Assembly (NCBI GenBank): GCA_040954595.2 | Contig: CM082580.2 | Span: forward strand, 11,980,909 to 12,044,908 | Direction of reading: 5' to 3' | DNA length: 64,000 nt | From: Balanoglossus misakiensis | Taxonomy: Eukaryota > Animalia > Hemichordata | Part shown: piece by piece, positions 27,137 through 39,139 of the stretch | Layout: every line of letters starts with the position of its first letter | Numbering within the stretch: the stretch's first letter is position 1 | Translations under genes and position numbers: made by a program | Notes under the pieces: generated by a model | Databases searched by the model: none | What the model was told of the DNA's origin: nothing | The model's input: only the letters and a program-made list of their open reading frames with translations

Positions 27137-30100
27137 TTCGCAATAAGTTTTAGTCTGAAACACAAAGAAGGCGAGAATACGTAAATGACTAACAGAACTG
27201 CGCGCGTGGGTGAACTAGAAAGATTTTTGTATAAGGGGTTATCGATATATTTAATTTGTATTGAGATGAACCTGACTACCCACTTTCTCTGAATTCAACT
27301 CCTGGGCTAATAACTATACTCGCATGATGGCCAGAATTTCTTGGAATGTCTTTCTGCATATACATGATGGACTGTTCTCGTCTTTGGATTCCTACTAGCA
27401 TCACCTTAACCATCCAACAGTAAACCATTGATTTGTATGTACAGGGGTTGACTGCAGTTCAACATTCCCAGACTGTCGTTTTCAAAACAGTGCAAAGGTT
27501 ACAATTGAAATGTTGAGGCTGTATCGCGATGACAGCCTCCATCGTGAAAGTTTCTAAAATACAGTTCCATGTGTTTACGAGTAAAGTGCGAAATTGTTAT
27601 GTTTTCTAGGTCCTTTTCACGGGATGACTCTATCTATAAATACCACAAATTTCGGAATCACTCCACAAACCGTTTTGTGAAGTGAACGTGTCTATTTACC
27701 GACCATGCACGAATACATGACCAACAAAGCCCTGCATTTCTGACCTTGCAGTATTTACCAATGCATGGCTTTTATAACGAACACTAGATGAAGTGAACGC
27801 ACTGTTGTATTTCGTTTACATGGGAATGACCCGAGTTCATCTTTGCATGCGCAAGTCACCGTTTCTCGTTTGCAATCGGAATCCGGCGAAATCATTCTAT
27901 ATACTGATCATTCACTTGTTGACTTGTCCTTTGTATGTGACCTTGATGTCTACCGTGGTGTTTCTGCAAACATGGCTGCGATTGACCATTGACAATGACG
28001 TGCCAACAACTAGGTATACTGTTGGGGTAGGTTCACCCGAGCGTGGACTGAAACACTCACGTCAAAGGCCTTGGTCTTCTTCGATACGGAAATCGTAATT
28101 CACCACCATCGCCTAGGCCTACACGCGTCCACATTCTTTTGAAGTGTAACTGCAAAAGCTCAGTGTAACCCTATACACGGGCAGTTACACTATCCGCGGT
28201 AAAACAGACTTTGATAATCTATGACTACATTACTCAAAGGTTATATGTGTATGATATAGCAAGTATTAAAAAGTTGTTAATCGCCTTGAAATGACATACG
28301 CATACCCGGTGTTTGCTGTCAATCACTAGCACTCGTCACGTCTGATGAGGTTGACATTGACCTTGAAGTCCTGTTAATACTTCCTCCGTCGACAAGAACA
28401 TGACAAATTTTCAAATTTTCAACCACCGGCAGCTATGACTACGTATGCCATGATTGCTTGCGCTATGTATCCTCAAGGACTTCAAAGCCAGTCGACCTTA
28501 GAAAGGAAGTGACATCACGCACTCCTGTCCACAACGAGGAAATATATATAAACAGGGGCACAGTATGCAATTGGAGTGCATATGAATGTACATTCATTGG
28601 GGTACAATATGTGGTGCGCATTGGCTTTTGGAAGGGCATGCCCCCGTTACCATGACAGACGACAGTGTACAGTTATAAGTTCTACGCTCGATAGAAGTTA
28701 AATAATAACTTGTGGTGTGTTTTATTAGCTATTCCATTAACGCGACGCTGCATGTTACCTGCATGATTTTGTTTAACGTCACATTTCTCGTCGAAAGGCG
28801 GTGTTGAACCTTCCACATGTCACGTATTTCAGTAAAGCTGAGCATCTAAGACATTTTCGACAACAGTTTTAGTTTTTTAAATTAAAACCAAGCCTGTATA
28901 GGCATGACTGCCGTAATTGACTGGAAATGTCGACATCGCTGAACCCCTTCTATCCGTGAAATAAATGTGCCCTTCTTCCAAGTAACACTACATAAATCAT
29001 GTCATGTTTTACGCTCAGAAACATCTGGACCAATTTCACCAGTTTCATGGAATTAGAATTATCTCTAATGACCCGGTGTTTGTAGTACTAGGTCAATACT
29101 GGACCCAGTGTAGTTCCCAGCGACAGCTGATAAGAGTCAGAGTATTTGATGATAAAGGTGGAAGGTTAATGAACATATTATTCAATATTCACAGTGTGAA
29201 AATTGCACATATGGAACGTTCGTTTTTCTTGCATCTTGCCAACAACCCTCCAAAGCAAACTGGCTCTTTTGGCTTAAACAGCCCTGGGTGTGAACTACTG
29301 TTGTTGTTATCTTACGAGTATTGCTAAACACATTTTCACGACACCATATCAGGTATATGAACAATCGATAAAGAGACAAGGCATTATCACCAAATTTCAA
29401 TAATCAAACAATGTCATGAATGCTAATCAACCCAACCTCACATTTTTATGCATGAAGAATGCCCTTAAATTGGACGTTACCTGACCCCCAATCATGTATG
29501 AGCATGCTATAACTGACACATTTGTCGCCAGAGTCAGAGGTTAAACTAAAGCCTGAAATAGAAATAGAATAGAAATAAAAGCTCCATGTATTTCTATTCT
29601 AAAACCAAAGCCAGGAAGGCAAAAATGGCGGCCATCGTCGCTTCTCCATTTTTATTTTTACTATAGCAAATGCCACGTTAGATTTGCTTGTCAGTGGAAG
29701 CATTTAGCAATCCTCCATGTTTCGTGTGTTTAAATGAGATTATTACATGCTGGATACAGAATTACGGGGGTTTCTAAATACGTCGGCCGCGTGTGACGTT
29801 TATACATTTAAATAATCTCCGGTCTCACTATAATTTTAGCTGAGGTCCCCATAGTGACACCATATGTTGTCTGTAGTTTAATAATCGCTCGAGCCATGCT
29901 TTGTAGAGCCGATGGGAAATTGCAATCGGTGTTACAAACAGAAAATATCAAAACTGATTTATACAGCTAGACATGTAGGATAAGATAGCAATGTGACCCG
30001 CACGATGACCCAACAATGCCATGATGTCATCATTGTGGATATTTTTGGCCGGAGGGCGCAATATATGCAACTGCCCCATTCTAAAAATACGTCGAAACAT

Positions 30101-33100
30101 AATCTACTAAGCGAAGTTTCCCACAGCTGTCATTGTGACAGAGCACGAATTAAGGGCTGGGTCGAGCACCCGAGCGTATAAGGCATCATGTAAGAGACCG
30201 ATGCTGAAAATATGAAACAAATATCTTGATTTTTAATTGCCAAAACTTGATTCTCACGCTGAGAAATCATTTTATTAAAATGTAGGATATTCAACCACGC
30301 CATACGCTCAGTGTCGAATACCTTGTGAAATAGCTATGGTTCTGACATGTAGTCGTGATGATGGCGCTGTATGGATTTGACTTTGTCTCGGTGGTGTTTT
30401 CCACATAATTAGGTCTCTATATGGTGATATTTTTTATGACAGCACACTTATTGCTGAAAGGTGTAGTTTTAGAGGGAATGAGAGAAATTTTGAATGATTA
30501 TTGAAATAGACATCAATACAAAAACACGTAACTCGGGATTTAGATGCGCCCTTTCACATGTAAGCCGTACGGGTCTATGGGAACAGACGAACATATTAAA
30601 TGTTGGTTACTTACAGTTTGAAAAAGCCTCTTCCAAAGACTCTTATTCTCCGCCATACCTCGTTTCATTTCAATCGACATTTTATGCCACAAATACACAA
30701 AAAAGTTGCATTACTGGGCGCCACGGCCTTTTCCGTCTTTCCAGCGTGTACTGCTCTTTTCCAAATGTGGTTCTCGGCTTGAGTGGCTAACACACTGACC
30801 AATCGAACAGTTGACGGAACCGCACGGCCTGACGAGCCCGTATTGTTTTTGTTTTTTCATCACACGCCTGTTTCCGTCGGTCCTTTGGTCGCCGTTAATG
30901 CGCAAAGAAGTCACGTGACATCTCGCTGACAACGTTGTCAGTCGATCATTGCAAATGTCGAGGATTGCCACACCCACGCCAATTCACACTCAACATAGAC
31001 AACGCGTATGAATGGTTTATTTTGGGTTTTCAAAGTACCAGCTTTTTTAACCATATGTAAAAATTAAACACACTTGGACAGTTAATTGACGCACGCTGTC
31101 AGCATTCCCTTTACCACACCATGACCTGATTCAACAGAGATTCTTAAATTTTAAATGAAATGCACAGTTTGTTCCACAGTCACGACACTGTTTGGAAATT
31201 TTCACATAATAAATATAATTTCCATTTTGCGCTACCATTAATTTAAATAACAACAGTTCAGCTAATTTACTTTCGTCCGGTTCGCACGGATTTACATAGC
31301 TCGTCCGGGCACAGTCTCACTCAACCATGTTTCTCGGGAGGTCACCCATGCCCGAAATACACATATATTGGCTATAGCGAAGATGTGAATATACCCGACG
31401 GTATAGACTTGATAGTACAGTCTCCTATTGCATATTTCATAGTAAATAGTCAACTGTGGCATTCTGCTGTTGACAACCATGCACAAATCACCATTTCATT
31501 TCAATTACTGTACATCATAAAAGATATTTGGCATATGGCGTGAGAGGCGTATCTCTATATAAAAGCGCTTTGGAACCATATGAACACATGGCCAATTGTA
31601 ATCATCCGGGCACACTAAAATTGCTTACTTGCTCATGTTTTATTTGGGATTGTTTCCCTTCAAAATACATAGTGTATAAACTCCAAACGGTATTTACCCA
31701 GGAGGAATTAAACGGATCGTACATATGGCGCATATACATAATAATCCTAACAGATTACAAACTTATCACGTGTACACGGGATTTATTGGTTATCACCAGA
31801 GAGAAAATTTTGTGACAGATTGCGACCAACCAAAATGCCGTCAGTGGTATAGGAATTTGAAATGAGCTAGTCGGGTAATGTCTGGTAGCTAAGCAAATTT
31901 TCATCGTCGAATTCGTTCATTGCAATAACATGCGGCGTTGTCGTTGTTTGTATTAAAAACCATCCACAGTCTCTACTGTCATTGATAAAACGCAAATGCT
32001 GTCTCTGAAACGTAGCATCTGTCCGTGCGTCATTGCATGCATGATTGGATGTGCCAATCAATAGATGCGAGATCGTATACGTATCAATTTATACATTTTG
32101 AACCAGTAACTCCCAGAACAAAACCTGAATTGGGTGGCAAAAGATAACTTATATTTCGAGAACCCAAAATGACATCTGTCCAATAAGCTTATGATATCAT
32201 ACAAGAGATTTGCATTATATTTATTGAGTTACGTAATTGATTGAGAAAAGAAGATTATGGCTGGCTATTTCAACAGGATTGCATAACAACAATGTCGTTG
32301 GTTTCATATCATATTCGTTCTAGCATCGAGCACTGAGCATTTCCGAAGGTCACTACTTCTATTATAAATAGTGTGAATAGTGATTTCCCTCGTAGATAGT
32401 ACTGTCTGTGTTTCCAACAAGCGTTCTCTTTAAAGGTCACGGATCGACACGGAAGAGGGGGGATCAAGCACTCGCGGTATAATGAAGCCATCAATATGCA
32501 TCACAGTATAAACAACCTATAAATATTCTTCTCGTCCGAACTCGTTTATGATAAATGGTCATATGCTGCTGATTTTGTTTGATTAATTCATCGTGTTATA
32601 CATCTGGCGCTTTGGTCATCAAAAACTGTCAGTGTTGCTGCATTGGACGGTCACCATGGCAAATTAAACATATCTATGGCTAATATAGTATGGCTAATAC
32701 AACTCATGCACAGCTATAGCCATGATTACATATATACCCTGCGTACTACAACACACTATAGAGATACGCAATGTGTGATCCCGAGCATGTGGGAAAGAAA
32801 TCCCTCTTGAGGCCTCGGACGGTGAAGGCGTTTAAAATCCTAGAAAAGCAACCCGACCATGTTTAGTCTCTCGAAGACTCAATAGAGCATGGCTACGTCT
32901 GCTGTGAGGCTCTTACTTAGGTCATATGGGTTCGCATTATCATTTTAATAATACATTGTACTAGGTTTCCATTGTCACGCTCAACACTATACATGTAGAT
33001 ATCGTGCGCTGTATCATGACACCTCGGGCCCTATATGAAGTGAGTTTGGAGAAATCGGGAAATGTAGCTAAAAATAACTGGATATAAATAATGTATTATT

Positions 33101-33827
33101 CCTGGCAAAATTTTGTCATACATATTTTCTCATATACACTGTGATAGTTCAGCAAAAAATAGCACTTACCTAACGAGAACTGCGCAGTTTAGTTGCTAAA
33201 TTGTATTTGCACAGTCATGACACTAGTATTGTATTAACGCTGGAATGAGCAATACTTCAAAATGAGTAAATTCGACTAGTAGTCAAGCAGCTGACGGCCT
33301 CCGCCACATGCGCGGCAAGGTCAAGTTGATCACAGCTGTGTATCGTCACATGGCTGAATCTAATGTATCGGCCTCGTCTACTGCGATCAAACACAAGGAA
33401 CTGTTGGTGTTAATCTAGTCTCCAATCTGTTAACCTCAAGTCGTAATGCATAATGTGTTTGCACTAAGAAGGGCGCCGCCACACACTGTCGCAGGGGGCC
33501 TTCGCGATTTTAGCATGAGCAATCTGATTAAAATCAGATGTAGGGAACGGCGACGTTTAATCAGATTGAAACATGTTCAGCAACCCTATTCGAAGTGTAA
33601 TGACAAAAAAATCAACATCATCAAAATTACGGATGATGTTACAAATAGAACTGGTAGTGTTTTGCTATTAGAAAGCCAACGCATCTTCATCTTGGATGTC
33701 TCTGTAAAATTTGAATGAGCGAAACCCAAGAATTGGCCATCTTCGCCTGCCCGGAATGCCGGTGCTCGATAAAATCTGGCTGTGTTTCTTTGTAAAATAT
33801 GTTACCTTGGATATGATAGCGTGAGTG

Positions 33828-33873
33828 TAGCCCGGAGACTGTATTCTAGATCGACGCCCTGGTCTCCGGGCTA
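33828..33873. mobile_element. 46-bp miniature inverted-repeat element with 12-bp TIR and 9-bp target-site duplication
   Basis: TAGCCCGGAGAC...GTCTCCGGGCTA, flanked on both sides by GCGTGAGTG (33819-33827 and 33874-33882). Confidence 0.8.
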
Positions 33874-35157
33874 GCGTGAGTGTGGTATAGAATAACAGTT
33901 CACAAATCAGTAATACCGGCAACATAAGGTAGCATGGTAGACTTTAATGTAACGGCTGTTGTTGATATAAAAACCCATATGATCAGGGGTGTACTGTTAG
34001 AGAAGTATGCAAACAAGATAATCCAAATAATAATCATACATTAAATGCCTGTCTCTATTTCATGTATCGAAATGTGGGATAATATTTTATGTGTGCAATG
34101 TAGTTGCTTTCTTTTACACCTAAGTTTTCCCAGATCGTTTTACTCTGTTTCTGTACTCATTTTTACCATTGTGTTCTTTTGTGTTATCTGTTAGTTTTTA
34201 CCTGACGAATACAACTTTGGTCACTTGTCGAAATGTCGATGAATAAAGAACGTTTTACTATTAGCACTAGTTGAGTGCAGCGGAAACAAGCATAGCGTGC
34301 ACTGTCTCTGTCCTCTGTCCCATATAGGCCACTTTTCAACATAATCGAAAATAAAATATGTGTGCGAAAACCGGTTTTCTCCTTAAACTAACTCAAAGCC
34401 ATTACAGTCTGATTAGGCAGAGATGACAAGCATACAGATTGCTGGTGTGACTTACCAACTCTTCCGTCTGATTACCATCAATGCTTTTCTGGAATTATTT
34501 ACACTCTGTAGGGCCTGCGTGTGCTTCAACGCACCCAGTGCACTCTCACCGAACTGTGAAATAAATGTTTCGAACAGATGTTGCATTTTATATATCGGAA
34601 ATAGAATAAATCAAAATAGTTTTACGTCACTAAACAAGCTAGTACCGTTGGCAATCTCGTAGATAACATATTTAATCTTCCTCTATAGAAGCGATGATTG
34701 GTTTTCAAATGTTGTTTCAATATAATTTTAACACTGTTGTAACCAATGAAACTGTTCCTGGTGTTCTCCCTGTTTGCCAAAGAAGATTCTTCTAAAAACT
34801 TTAAAGCAATTTCACATTGAAGCGGGTCAAAAACCAGATTGAAGCTTTAACTTTGAGCAACATAAAATTTAACTTTAACTTTCTACTTTATTCACCACAT
34901 CTCAGCCTGGCGTTTTCCGCCTATCTTATATACGACTGATACATGTACATGTCTTTCCGTTTAGCAAGTTGCAGTGGAGAAAATAATTGCTCAACAACCA
35001 TTCAAACTTTAATGACTGTGCATGTTGGTGGCGCTATCACTCCGTCGCCATATCTTTTGACCTTCGCTTGACCCAGGCATTTGGAGGCACGGCGGAGGTG
35101 GGGAAAACAACCCAAAAATCATATTAAGAAGTCATTTCACTTGTTCGACCATCTGAG

Positions 35158-38044
35158 ATGGCTTTGCTTATAAGCAGGTTTAATTTTGGAGCCAAAAACG
35201 GCTATGCAGTGGTCGGCGCACTGCGGTCAGCTATGGCAGCCGACAGCTGCAAAATGGCTGCTTCAGCTGGGGTAAGTTAACGAAATGTTGAACTTTATAT
35301 TTAATCATTATAGATTAGTTTAAGCGTTGAAATTGTATTTTGAGCACTTAAGCTTCTCATTCATCGTACTGTTAGCGTACCCACTACCCGTATGTTATTA
35401 TTCATGATTAACAAGTCTTTTTAGCCATCTATTACCAATAATACCAATGCAGACTTTTCGTTTGGATATAAAATTGTGACAAAAATGGCAAAGGTTGGGT
35501 TTTTGAGGCCATTAATATGTAGTATTTGTATTACAAAAATCTGCTGCTTACAAGCAGTATTTGAAGCAATATCACTGTGTTTAGAAATAAAGTATATGTA
35601 CATCAGACTATATAAGTTAGATCAGTGATTATAACCGGGAGGCATTTGTATATATCCCATCAAATAGGCAGTGACTTTTCTTGCTTTTATGGTTTCCTCA
35701 GCAACAAGTGAGGACTCTTCAGACTTCTAGCCAGATGTTGAGGAAGTATTCATGGATCAACTATCTGCTTGGAGAGAGAACAAGAAAGAGATTTAACGAC
35801 CGAAGCAAAATCGTTGTTGTTGATGGAAACATTGCTGTTGGCAAGACCACACTGGCTACCAAGCTGGCCGAGAAACTAGGCATGCATTACATTGGAGAAC
35901 CTAATTTGCATTACTTTGACAAACAAGTTGGTGATGGTCAGCCTTTAGATCCCAAGTTTACAGGTATGGAACGAATTTGAATTGTCAAATGTACCAGCAC
36001 TGCATTATGCAAATTTTGTCCAGAATCATGAAACATCAAATACAGTGTTGACATTTTCAAGTAAAACCAACAGGTCTATCTTACATTGTGAATTAATGCA
36101 ATCATTATAAAATTCAGAGCAACAAATCTGATGTGACTTTTCACAGGTAATGTGACGTTGCAGAAATTCTATGAAGACCCCAAAGCGAAAGATGGCCACT
36201 CCTTTCGTCTCCAAATGGTGATGTACATGATCAGATTTCTACAATACAGCGATGCCCTGGAACATCTCTTGGCTACAGGTCAGTGCACTGTTTAGGTCCC
36301 ATTTGGTTTATGTGTGTAGTTCACAGAAGACAATGGACACGGCGGATTTGTGGTGAAATGAATGGAGAACTCTCTTCAGCCAAGAAAATTCTGCAGTCTG
36401 GGACACTAACAGCAAACATTTGTACACCTTTTAGGCCAAGGAGTAGTTATGGACAGATGTGTGTACAGTGATTATGTCTTTCTGGAAGCCATCTTCAAAG
36501 AAGGACTCATCAGGAGGCAGTGTAAGTACATACAATTTATAATCAGCATTGGCAGTGGTTGTATAGTACATGTATGCCACATTAACCCTTTCACCCCCCA
36601 GTTCCCTCTTTAGAGGTCCAAATTTACCATAGGAAACAATTGGGTTGGACTGAACCATTGCGGTGAAAGGGTTTAAGATGTATGTCTGGACTAGTGTGGG
36701 TGACTGGTATTCTGTCACTGTCTGACATAGAGTTTTACTCCATTACATTACAGGTTACGACTACTACAATGAAGTGAAAGGCATCAGCATCTGGCGTGTT
36801 TTGCCACCTCATCTCATCATCTATCTTGATGCACCAACACATGTTATACAAGAGAGGATCAAGAAGAGGGGAAAAGTAAGTGGTCCTTCACATTTCCAGC
36901 TACCCCCCACCCCCCCACGTGCCTGGTTACCTACAATATATAGTTGTAACACCCCTTCTCATTATCTGCTCTTGTCATGGTCAAATCATTCTTCTCTTTC
37001 TGTCTCTCTCACAAACAGCCGTATGAACAGAACATCCAAGACAAGTACCTAGAAGCTCTAGATGAAGCATACAAAAAGAAATACCTTGCTGAGATGACTG
37101 AATCATCTGAAATACTTCAGTATGACTGGACCAACTTTGGTGACCTTGATAGGGTATGTGTGAATCTAACAGTTCTTTTGCAGTGCGCCCTCTAAGTCCA
37201 TATAACATACAAATGCATTGTCTGGTTCCTGCTTCAAAGAGAAAAGCACAGAGAGGCAGGAGAACAAAAATTTTAAATCTGATTTAGCCAATAAAAGCAA
37301 TACTAACATTTATAAAGTTCTAACATCTGTCTGTCTGATAACGACGACAACATGCAACCTCGGCACCAACGAGGTAATCCTGACTCAACAAATGCCTATA
37401 TCCTAATTTAACCATTACATGTGTTTTGCTGTGTAGGTAATTGAAGATATAGACCTGTTGGATTATAAGAACTCTCCATGGAATGAAGAAGATGATGTTG
37501 CTTTGCATCACTTGAGAGTTTTGTAAGTACAGCTATAGGATAGAAGCTATGGGATAAAGATGTGTGGGCTCAGTCAGTTTCATGTACAATTTCTTGTCCA
37601 TAGTGAATAGTCCTGCAGTATTGGTCGAAATGCCTACAGAAACTTCAAAGTTACTTTCTCTTAAATATGTGACATATTTGCTTATGTTTGTTATGCATAT
37701 ATTACAGTGTCAGCAACAAGTACCAAGTGTCCAAGAGCTGTGTCATCCCCAAATTTCTGCCAGAACTGACCATGAGTGCCATGGACTTTGATGCACTCAA
37801 ACATGAATATCTACAGGTGAGTTCAAAACAGCTAGTTCTGCAGACTTTACTAAGCGCATAGCTAGTTTGAACATAACCACTTAACTGTCGATTATGAAAT
37901 CACTTGCTGAATACCTTACATCCTGTGAGTAACTATTTTCAAAAATCCCAAAGTAAATCTCCGTATTTTTTTCATCCCCAGCTTCCCAAGATGAGATATG
38001 CCAAAGGATACAACAAGGGAGAAGGGAGTGTCTTGTGGAAGTAA
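35158..38044 (+). CDS. NDUFA10: NADH:ubiquinone oxidoreductase subunit A10 (42 kDa, dNK fold), multi-exon
   Basis: Mitochondrial-type presequence ([11 protein letters not shown]...), [67 protein letters not shown]...[27 protein letters not shown]. Confidence 0.95.
36582..36676. mobile_element. piggyBac-like MITE (copy 1) in an NDUFA10 intron
   Basis: TTAA-CCCTTTCACC...GGTGAAAGGG-TTTAA; the internal sequence is shared with 53877-53969. Confidence 0.75.
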
Positions 38045-39139
38045 TTCCATGGAATGCTGTTTTGTAAATGGAGTGTACTTTAGCGTGAAACATTTTAACA
38101 GTTGCAACTTTGCCCATTCTCCTTTGTTAATTTGAGTATTTTTAGGAAATTTCAACAGAACACAGTCGTGCATATATAGTAACAGAAATATTTTCAGATG
38201 AGCAACTTCGTAAATAAATCAAGGTGCTTTGTGTTATTTGAACTGAATCTGGTATATGGACAGCTGTTCCAAAACAGTGTCAGAAGTATGATACAAGAGT
38301 GGTTTATGTTATTATTCCTTGCTGCAGTATAGTTGAAAAATACTACTAGTCAACTACTTCTAAGGTGGCTTCTACATTGCGTTCTTGGGTTTTTGTGTTG
38401 GCCAGTAGCAGTGGAAATGGATTAGCACACACGCTGTGTGGAATCTTGTAACCATGACATACAGAGTGGGAGAAAAATGTTCCCAGAAAGACTTTTCTTT
38501 AATATCTTTAATGCATGTGTTGCAAGTTGTAAATAGGCTTTTGCTGATTCTGGCCATGCCCAGCTGGTAAAGATCAAAGTTGTACATCACAAACTTTGCT
38601 AGTGTTTTGTCAACATTCAACTGCTGGAATAAAACAAAATGTTTAAAAAACTATGTTTATTGTGTTTTTATTGACAAATATAAACACAAAACAGTTCTAT
38701 CCTGATTCTTTATTTTATAAAAAGTCACCGAAATCATGTCGGTGTTTGTATTTTGTTATTGCAATAGCGCCGCCTATGGTGATTCAAAGGTTATGATTAC
38801 AATGATGGCGGACGTTTGACCCCGTGTCAAAGGTCAGGTTTGCTCACATGCACAATTTATTTCGGGTGGAAAGCCGATTTCTTTCCTGAACCTGTTTCCA
38901 TAGTTACAAGATCGTCGGTCATGAAGCAAAGGTGTAGCTGTGCCAATTTTATCTCGTCGTTTCCTTGAGTGGCGGATTTGTGTCTATTGTGTGGACCATA
39001 TGCCAACATTTCATTCAGTTGTGAAATCCCATTCATCTTACAGGACATTGGTATTCGTTACGAAACCAAAATGACTTAAAAGACTCGTAGTTTTGATAAA
39101 TTCACAGTGAAATAATTTGTGCCTGGTCTGTTGACAACC

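Noticed and set aside
33668-33925. 85-aa ORF with a signal-peptide-like start and dibasic sites (neuropeptide-like)
   Set aside because: The RRPGRRSRIQSPG part is simply the 46-bp MITE; no recognisable peptide repeats or splice support.
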